DNA from: Faecousia sp.
GTDB taxonomy: Bacteria; Bacillota; Clostridia; Oscillospirales; Oscillospiraceae
Assembly: GCA_045594585.1 (NCBI GenBank)
Contig: JAZNYV010000186.1
Location: 77,335-141,334, forward strand
Direction of reading: 5' to 3'
DNA: 64,000 bases
Shown here piece after piece: positions 1 to 6,521 of the stretch. The translations under genes and the position numbers were made by a program. The notes under the pieces are model-generated. The model worked only from the letters and a program-made list of their open reading frames with translations, was not told where the DNA came from and did not search any database. Each line of letters opens with the position of its first letter. The stretch's first letter is position 1.

Positions 1-789
1 ACCCTCCCCTGTGACACCGTACCTCAGATCCTTGCCAAAAATGCAGAGGACTTCCTGTGGGCGGCACAATGCTGTGAGGAACGAGGATACAAGGAGGTCA
101 ATCTCAACATGGGCTGCCCCTCCGGCACCGTAGTAGCCAAAGGGAAGGGTGCAGGAATGCTGTCCCATGTAGATACCATGACCGAATTTTTGGATCGGAT
201 CTTTCATGCCTGTCCTCTTCGGATCTCTGTAAAGACCAGGATCGGCACAGAGTCCCCGGAGGAGTTTCCACGGATCCTTGAAGCACTGGAGCAATATCCC
301 ATTGCGGAATGGGTCATTCATCCCCGGGTTCGGAACGCTTTTTACAAGGGAACCGTGGACGGGAACGCCTTCCGCTATGCCGTAGCCCACAGCAAGCTCC
401 CCCTCTGCTACAATGGTGATATCTGTACCCGGGAGGATATTGCCTTCCTAACAGAGGAATTTCCCCCTGTAGCTTCACTGATGCTGGGTCGTGGACTCGT
501 TACAGATCCCGGTCTTCTCACCGGCAATCGGGACAGAGACACCCTCTACGCCTTCCACGAGGAGCTCTTTGATGCGTATTGCAGAGTTTTCGGTGATCGG
601 CGGAATGCCATGTGCCGCATGAAGGAGATCTGGTCCCTGCTGATTGGACTATTCGGAGGATCGGAGCAGCACAGCAAGAAGCTCAAAAAGTGCAATGACT
701 ATACGACATTCCGACAGATCGCCACCGAGATCCTCACAAGACTTCCCTTAGTTCCCCCGGAATCCCACTTACGGGAGGTATTCCTTTAG
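1..789 (+). CDS. tRNA-dihydrouridine synthase family protein (5'-truncated by window edge)
   Basis: Frame is open from base 1: PQIL...EVNLNMGCP...SVKTRIG...IHPR...YNGDI...MLGRG, the Dus-family motifs. Confidence 0.88.
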   Translation, partial: TLPCDTVPQILAKNAEDFLWAAQCCEERGYKEVNLNMGCPSGTVVAKGKGAGMLSHVDTMTEFLDRIFHACPLRISVKTRIGTESPEEFPRILEALEQYPIAEWVIHPRVRNAFYKGTVDGNAFRYAVAHSKLPLCYNGDICTREDIAFLTEEFPPVASLMLGRGLVTDPGLLTGNRDRDTLYAFHEELFDAYCRVFGDRRNAMCRMKEIWSLLIGLFGGSEQHSKKLKKCNDYTTFRQIATEILTRLPLVPPESHLREVFL

Positions 790-823
790 TAACCCCACCA
801 CTATCATATAAGGAGATGCTATT

Positions 824-1921
824 ATGATCTACAAGACCTTCCAAAACAAGCCTCTTTCCGCTCTTGGCATGGGGACCATGCGTCTGCCTACCAAGGAGGA
901 CGGCACCATCGACACAGAGCATACCGCAAAAATGATCGACTACGCCCTTTCCAACGGTATCAATTATTTCGACACTGCCTGGTTTTATCATGGAGGCAAT
1001 TCTGAAATCGCGATCGGCGAGATTCTGTCCAAATATTCTCGAGACAGCTACTATATTGCAGATAAATTTCCTGCCTTCGACCTGACCTCCTTCGAGAAGA
1101 TGGATGAGATCTTCTCCGCACAGCTTAAAAAATGTCAGGTAGACCGCTTCGATTTCTACCTCTGCCACAATGTGTGTGAGCGAAACGTAGAAAGCTTTAT
1201 CAAGCATATGGATTTTTTTATGAAGCAGAAGGAGGAAGGACGCATCAACCATATGGGCTTCTCCACCCATGCAGAGCTCCCTGCATTGGAGCAATTCTTA
1301 GAGGCACACGGGGATAAAATGGAATTCTGCCAGATCCAGCTAAACTATCTGGATTGGAATTGGCAGAAGGCCGCTCAGAAGGTGGAGCTGTTAAGGAAAT
1401 ATCATATTCCCGTATGGGTCATGGAGCCCCTCCGTGGAGGCTCTCTGATCCGCTTTAAGGAAGATGTCATAGAGAAGATCAAGGCCCTTGCTCCTGCACT
1501 TTCTCCCATTGAGACAGCCTTCGCCTTCCTCAGAACCATCCCGGAGGTCACTATGATCCTGTCGGGTATGTCCAATCTTGAACAATTGCAGGAAAATATC
1601 GCCATTTTCAGCAAAGATACCACCCTCAGGGAAGAAGCTTTCCACAAGCTCTCTGAACTGGGTATGGAAATGATCGAGGCAGTCCCCTGTACCGCTTGCC
1701 GCTACTGTACAGAGCACTGCCCCCAAGGTTTGGATATTCCTAAGCTTATGAGAATGTATAACGAAAACCGGTTTAACGGCACCACCTTCGCCCTTAACAA
1801 TCTGCCGGAGGAGAAAAAGCCCTCCTCTTGTCTAAGCTGTCGCCAATGCGAGGCCGTATGTCCCCAGTCCATCCAGATCTCCCGGCGGCTAAAGGAATTG
1901 GCTGAGAAGCAGAAGGCTTAA
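824..1921 (+). CDS. Aldo/keto reductase with C-terminal 4Fe-4S dicluster domain
   Basis: LGMGTMRLP, GINYFDTAWFY, QIQLNYLD, VMEPLRGG; C-terminal CTACRYCTEHCP and CLSCRQCEAVCPQ. Confidence 0.9.
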   Translation: MIYKTFQNKPLSALGMGTMRLPTKEDGTIDTEHTAKMIDYALSNGINYFDTAWFYHGGNSEIAIGEILSKYSRDSYYIADKFPAFDLTSFEKMDEIFSAQLKKCQVDRFDFYLCHNVCERNVESFIKHMDFFMKQKEEGRINHMGFSTHAELPALEQFLEAHGDKMEFCQIQLNYLDWNWQKAAQKVELLRKYHIPVWVMEPLRGGSLIRFKEDVIEKIKALAPALSPIETAFAFLRTIPEVTMILSGMSNLEQLQENIAIFSKDTTLREEAFHKLSELGMEMIEAVPCTACRYCTEHCPQGLDIPKLMRMYNENRFNGTTFALNNLPEEKKPSSCLSCRQCEAVCPQSIQISRRLKELAEKQKA

Positions 1922-2664
1922 AGCTCAGGAGGCTCATAGAGGAACACATCCATAAAGCGGACCTTAAAGCGATTCAGGTGATACAAGCGATCGATCCTTG
2001 CCTTGGTATCGAGATCCTCGATCTCCCCCTCCCTGATGTAGCGGTCCAGAACCTCATAGGTAAAGCCCAGCTTATCCTCATCCGTCTGACCGCATAAGCC
2101 GTCAATGGGGACCTTCTCGATCAGGACCTCAGGCAGACCTAAGACTCTGCCGATCTCCTTGACCTCTCTGACACAGAGCATTGACAGGGGGCTAAAGTCT
2201 CCCACGCTGTCACCGTAACGGGTAGAATAGCCTACCCAGTCCTCAGACAAATTGCAGGTGTTGGCTACGCGGCCGTTACGACTCTGACAAACGGCATAGA
2301 GGGTTGCCATTCGGATACGGGGTGCCAAATTGATGACGGTATCCTTGCTGGGCTCCCCAATTTCCCGGGAAATAGATTCCAGCAGAGCATCATAGCCCGA
2401 CTTAATATTCACTGTCACATATTCGATATCCAGATGCTTGCACAGGAGCAGGGACATATCAATGTCTGCCTGTTCCCCATTGGGCATCAGAACACCGATC
2501 ACGCGATCCTTGCCCAGGGCCTCCACACACAGTGCCGCCACAACGGAGCTGTCCTTACCTCCCGAGATACCTACAATGGCATTACATCCTCTGCCGTTTA
2601 TATCAAACCAGTTGCGGATCCATTGTACGATATCAGCGGTTACTTTCTTTGCTTGAAATCTCAT
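1918..2664 (-). CDS. nadE: NH3-dependent NAD+ synthetase
   Basis: GISGGKDSSV PP-loop, PRIRM, TCNLSEDWVGYSTRYGD, QTDEDKLGFTY; no glutaminase domain. Confidence 0.93.
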   Translation of the reverse strand: MRFQAKKVTADIVQWIRNWFDINGRGCNAIVGISGGKDSSVVAALCVEALGKDRVIGVLMPNGEQADIDMSLLLCKHLDIEYVTVNIKSGYDALLESISREIGEPSKDTVINLAPRIRMATLYAVCQSRNGRVANTCNLSEDWVGYSTRYGDSVGDFSPLSMLCVREVKEIGRVLGLPEVLIEKVPIDGLCGQTDEDKLGFTYEVLDRYIREGEIEDLDTKARIDRLYHLNRFKVRFMDVFLYEPPEL

Positions 2665-2796
2665 ATAATCATCCTCCCTATGTATATAGTAATCACAGAT
2701 AAGATCAGCTTATCGTTTACTATAGTTGTTCTGCATATACTATACCATAGTTTTCCGTGATTTTCTACTGCAATTTTCACAAAATTAATTTCCTTA

Positions 2797-2825
2797 TTTA
2801 CATTTCCTCCTATCCGCGTTACAAT
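2797..2825 (+). promoter_or_regulatory. sigma-A-type promoter of pfkA
   Basis: TTTACA-17 nt-TACAAT. Confidence 0.55.
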
Positions 2826-2855
2826 AGACACATCCTACAGAAAAGAGTGATACTT

Positions 2856-3848
2856 ATGGCTAACAAACCAATGACCGGCAAAGTCCGCAGGATCGGCGTC
2901 CTGACCAGCGGCGGAGATGCTCCCGGTATGAATGCGGCAGTTCGTGCTGTCGTCCGTGCAGCCATCTTCCGTGGCATCGAGGTGATCGGCATCCGTCGTG
3001 GATATAACGGTCTGATCAACGGGGATATCCTCCGCCTGGATGAGAAGAGCGTTGCTCACATCATCAATCGTGGAGGCACCCTCCTGTATACAGCCCGCAG
3101 CCGTGAATTTATGACCCCCGAGGGCCAGCAGAAAGCAGTCAACACCTGCAAGCTCCTGGGCTTAGACGGCATCGTTGCCATCGGCGGAGACGGCACCTTC
3201 CGTGGTGCCCAAGCCTTATCCCGTCATGGCATCAGCGTTGTAGGCATTCCTGCTACCATTGACAATGATATTGCCTGCACCAACTACTGCATCGGCTTCG
3301 ACACTGCCGCAAATACCGCAATTGAGTGTATCGACAAGCTCCGTGATACCATGCAATCTCACGAGCGTTGCTCCGTGGTAGAGGTCATGGGACGCAATGC
3401 AGGACATTTGGCCCTCTACGTTGGTTTGGCAGTTGGTGCGACTGCTGTCCTGGTGCCCGAGAGCAAGGAGAGCTTTGAAGAAGAGATCATCGAGAAGATC
3501 CGCAACGCCCGTCTCAACGGCTTCACACATTACATGATCGTTGTGGCAGAAGGTGCCGCATCTGCTCCGGAGGTGGCCCAGAATATCAAGGACACCATCT
3601 GTATCGAGCCACGTGTTACAGTTCTGGGACACATTCAACGTGGTGGCACGCCTACCGCACGGGACCGTGTGACAGCGACCCGAATGGGCTACCGTGCAGT
3701 AGACATCCTCGCTAACGGCGGAACCAATCGCATCGTAGCTCTCCTGGATGGCAAGATGAGCGATATTGATATCGAAGACGGTCTCTCCCGTCATAAGGGC
3801 ATTGATATGGAAGAATGGACCGTACTGGAGGCTATGACCGGCGTTTGA
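2856..3848 (+). CDS. pfkA: ATP-dependent 6-phosphofructokinase
   Basis: IGVLTSGGDAPGMNAA, GGDGT, TIDNDI, EVMGR, LGHIQRGG; start moved to ATG 2856. Confidence 0.96.
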   Translation: MANKPMTGKVRRIGVLTSGGDAPGMNAAVRAVVRAAIFRGIEVIGIRRGYNGLINGDILRLDEKSVAHIINRGGTLLYTARSREFMTPEGQQKAVNTCKLLGLDGIVAIGGDGTFRGAQALSRHGISVVGIPATIDNDIACTNYCIGFDTAANTAIECIDKLRDTMQSHERCSVVEVMGRNAGHLALYVGLAVGATAVLVPESKESFEEEIIEKIRNARLNGFTHYMIVVAEGAASAPEVAQNIKDTICIEPRVTVLGHIQRGGTPTARDRVTATRMGYRAVDILANGGTNRIVALLDGKMSDIDIEDGLSRHKGIDMEEWTVLEAMTGV

Positions 3849-3881
3849 TCCGCTACCAAATCCAATTTCACAAAAAACAAA

Positions 3882-3911
3882 CCCCGTGCCTTGGGGAACC
3901 AAGGTACGGGG
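3882..3911. terminator. Bidirectional intrinsic terminator between pfkA and rplS
   Basis: CCCCGTGCCTTGG-GGAA-CCAAGGTACGGGG hairpin with A/T-rich flanks. Confidence 0.8.
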
Positions 3912-3966
3912 AATTGTTTTGATGGGTGAGATAAATCTTCTCGTGGAATATTCCGAGAGAATGGGA

Positions 3967-4308
3967 TTATACTCTCTCCTTGACCTTTGCAGCCTTGCCG
4001 AGACGATTGCGGAGATAGTACAGCTTTGCACGGCGAACCTTACCGCGACGAACAGTCTCTACCTTCACAATGTTGGGGGAATGGACGGGGAAAACCTTCT
4101 CGCAGCCGACACCGTAGCTCAGACGACGAACAGTAATGGACTCCTCAATGCCGCCATGCTTGCGAGCAATGATAGTGCCCTCGAATGCCTGGATTCTCTC
4201 ACGAGTACCTTCCTTAATCTTGACATGAACACGAACAGTGTCGCCTACGTTCATAGTGGGCAGTTCTTCCTTCATGTACTGGCTGGTCAGAGCCTTCATC
4301 AGATCCAT
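3967..4308 (-). CDS. rplS: 50S ribosomal protein L19
   Basis: [32 protein letters not shown]. Confidence 0.98.
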   Translation of the reverse strand: MDLMKALTSQYMKEELPTMNVGDTVRVHVKIKEGTRERIQAFEGTIIARKHGGIEESITVRRLSYGVGCEKVFPVHSPNIVKVETVRRGKVRRAKLYYLRNRLGKAAKVKERV

Positions 4309-4331
4309 AATAATGTCCTCCTTTTTTATTA

Positions 4332-4373
4332 GGCGTTCATGCCGGTGTTGACCCCACCGCAGAGGACCACCCT
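4332..4373 (-). ncRNA. Probable L19 leader (ribosomal-protein autoregulatory 5' UTR)
   Basis: Minus strand GGTGGTCCTCTGCGGTG-GGGTCAA-CACCGGCATGAACGCC hairpin between promoter and SD of rplS. Confidence 0.55.
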
Positions 4374-4389
4374 TTTAACAGACCATTGG

Positions 4390-4418
4390 ATTATAACACA
4401 TACTTCTCTGAAAATCAA
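4390..4418 (-). promoter_or_regulatory. sigma-A promoter of rplS
   Basis: TTGATT-17 nt-TATAAT with TG extended -10. Confidence 0.75.
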
Positions 4419-4459
4419 GCCCTATTTTACAATTTTTTATAAAATTTTGGTGCAAGGAA

Positions 4460-4606
4460 TCAGTCCATAGGAAGCTCTGCAGGGCAATCTGCAGAGCCGC
4501 TCATAGAAGTTACGGTTTCGTAGAAATCATTGTTGTTCTGGGATGCAGTGATCACATCATCAGTGCTGAAATAAGTGATCTCCATTTCGGGAACGACAAA
4601 CTTCAT
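4460..4606 (-). CDS. Putative RiPP precursor peptide A2, 48 aa: MKFVVPEMEITYFSTDDVITASQNNNDFYETVTSMSGSADCPAELPMD
   Basis: Hand-translated, absent from ORF track; AGGAGG SD upstream of ATG; 30 nt downstream of the rSAM stop; paralog of 6325-6459. Confidence 0.9.
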   Translation of the reverse strand: MKFVVPEMEITYFSTDDVITASQNNNDFYETVTSMSGSADCPAELPMD

Positions 4607-4636
4607 GAGGATTTCCTCCTTTCCGTAAAAATTCTA

Positions 4637-6175
4637 TTAAACAAAATCTGCCATGGCAGATTGGTGTGCACAAGGGAGCGTCCGATCGGGAGAATGCTTT
4701 AAGGGATCATAGTTCAAGCACTTGGCCTCCGGGGAGATCTTAGAGATAAGGTCATGGATCCGATCATGGAAGTTCTCATGATAGAACATACAATTCTCAT
4801 AATCCTTTGACATATAGTCATGGGGATTGGTCTCTAAAGCGTGAGCTCTGCATCCCCCCATACACAGAGAGGCAAATTTACACTGACGGCAGGAAGGATT
4901 GTGAAGGAAGTAATCCTCGCAGGTCACGTCCACCATACCAATATAATTGGGATGGGTCAAGGCGGCAGTCAATCCATCCCTTACATTGGGGAGCTGAATG
5001 CAGGGAGCCTCCTGACTGGCAACATAAAGACAGGGTGTTGCATAGCCGTCAGCAGTAATATATACAACGTTATGAGTAGGAATGCACAGGCAATCACTAC
5101 AGGTCTTATACTGCTTAACAGGCATAATGATATAGTCCTTAGAGCCCGGCTCAAGGGTGGAATAGAAACGATTCAGAACGATCCGAACAGGGCATCCATC
5201 CTCATAGAAGTGAGGCAGATACTCAAAGAACGCATCATACAGCTCCTTAGCCGTAATATTGCAGTCTTGACCGTATTTCTCCCACTCGCCGAAATTGGTC
5301 ATCCGATTGACGATCATGTGCTTGACGCCCACAGAGGCCAGCAGATTGACGCTGTCACGTATCACACCCTTATTGAGCTTATGGATGGTCATAGCACTGC
5401 CGGTATAGAAGCCATGCTTTGCTAAAAGCTCAAATTTATTAAGAAGCATCTTCTCAGCACCGTCGATGCCACGGAGCCAATCATGCCAGCCATCAGTACC
5501 GTCATAGCTCATAAAGATCTTGGGCTTCAATCCCCTATCCTCAAGCTGACCGATAAAACGTTCATTTACCAGCAGACCGTTAGTGGCAATGCCAACAAGC
5601 TGGATATTTCGGGCAGTAAGAGCATCCACGATCTCAAAGAAATCCGGCCGAAGAAGAGGCTCTCCCCCCGTAAGACCAATACGGGAAATGCCTGCAGCAG
5701 CCATTTCATCAATGAGCTTCATGCAATCATCATGGGACATTTCGCCGAATTTAGCATCCGGTGCGGATAAGAAGCAGTGCTTACACTTCATGTTGCAACG
5801 ACCGGTAATAGCCCATTTAGCCGTTGCACGATAGGGTATATTGTACCGCTGCATACTCTGCACAGGAGACAGCTCTTTACCGTAGGGACAGGCCTCCGCT
5901 ACTCCACGCCTAACAAGCTTGAGGACCGCTTTCTTAAGGCTGGGAGTCACAGCAAAATTGTGTATATTGATCTTGCCGTTACAAATCAGTGCCGCTGTTT
6001 GTTCCAGCTCTGTAAGAGGGATCAAGCAGCCCTTCTTTTGATCAAGGACAGAAACATCGATCCCCTGCCACCCACGAAGATAGAAATGGGGCTTTAAAAT
6101 ATAGTATTCTGCAGCCTTCTTCTCAGCCTCGGTTTCGGCAGCAGAAAAAAGAGTCAATTGCTCAACAAAATCCAA
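4637..6175 (-). CDS. Radical SAM/SPASM peptide maturase with probable N-terminal RRE
   Basis: CNMKCKHC (CxxxCxxC), TGGEPLL; SPASM cysteines CSDCLC...GYATPC...CRQCKFASLCMGGCRAHA...C; ~110-aa N-terminal extension; TTG start with GGAGG SD. Confidence 0.9.
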   Translation of the reverse strand: MDFVEQLTLFSAAETEAEKKAAEYYILKPHFYLRGWQGIDVSVLDQKKGCLIPLTELEQTAALICNGKINIHNFAVTPSLKKAVLKLVRRGVAEACPYGKELSPVQSMQRYNIPYRATAKWAITGRCNMKCKHCFLSAPDAKFGEMSHDDCMKLIDEMAAAGISRIGLTGGEPLLRPDFFEIVDALTARNIQLVGIATNGLLVNERFIGQLEDRGLKPKIFMSYDGTDGWHDWLRGIDGAEKMLLNKFELLAKHGFYTGSAMTIHKLNKGVIRDSVNLLASVGVKHMIVNRMTNFGEWEKYGQDCNITAKELYDAFFEYLPHFYEDGCPVRIVLNRFYSTLEPGSKDYIIMPVKQYKTCSDCLCIPTHNVVYITADGYATPCLYVASQEAPCIQLPNVRDGLTAALTHPNYIGMVDVTCEDYFLHNPSCRQCKFASLCMGGCRAHALETNPHDYMSKDYENCMFYHENFHDRIHDLISKISPEAKCLNYDPLKHSPDRTLPCAHQSAMADFV

Positions 6176-6324
6176 AGTAATACCTCCAGTTCGGAAATAA
6201 CTGTCTTTTCCAAATGCTAACAGATAGTTTAGAATTTGGAAAAAGCAGCTATAATTTGGAAAGTGGCCCGTTGCAAAATCGAAGATCCTACAACGGGCCG
6301 TTGCCTGTCTAATCTACATTAGAT

Positions 6325-6459
6325 TTAGTCCATGGGCAGTTCTGCGGGGCAGTCAGCCTGATACATGGAGGTGGTGGTCTCATCGGTTTCCTGGGAAGCG
6401 GTGAGAATGTCCTCGGTGCTGAACAGCTTGATTTCCATCTCGGGAGCTACGAACTTCAT
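6325..6459 (-). CDS. Putative RiPP precursor peptide A1, 44 aa: MKFVAPEMEIKLFSTEDILTASQETDETTTSMYQADCPAELPMD
   Basis: Hand-translated, absent from ORF track; AAAGGAGG SD; paralog of 4460-4606. Confidence 0.9.
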   Translation of the reverse strand: MKFVAPEMEIKLFSTEDILTASQETDETTTSMYQADCPAELPMD

Positions 6460-6521
6460 TATTGTGTCCTCCTTTCTTCGAAGAATAGACAAACACTGCA
6501 TTCAGTGAATGTTACAAAGAA

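Noticed and set aside
1918-1921. Convergent AKR and nadE genes share overlapping stop codons (TTAA)
   Set aside because: Common compact arrangement with no evidence of a special function
4637-6175. rSAM as anaerobic sulfatase maturase, PqqE or SCIFF maturase
   Set aside because: No sulfatase, pqq genes or six-Cys SCIFF peptide nearby; the flanking paralogous peptides explain it better
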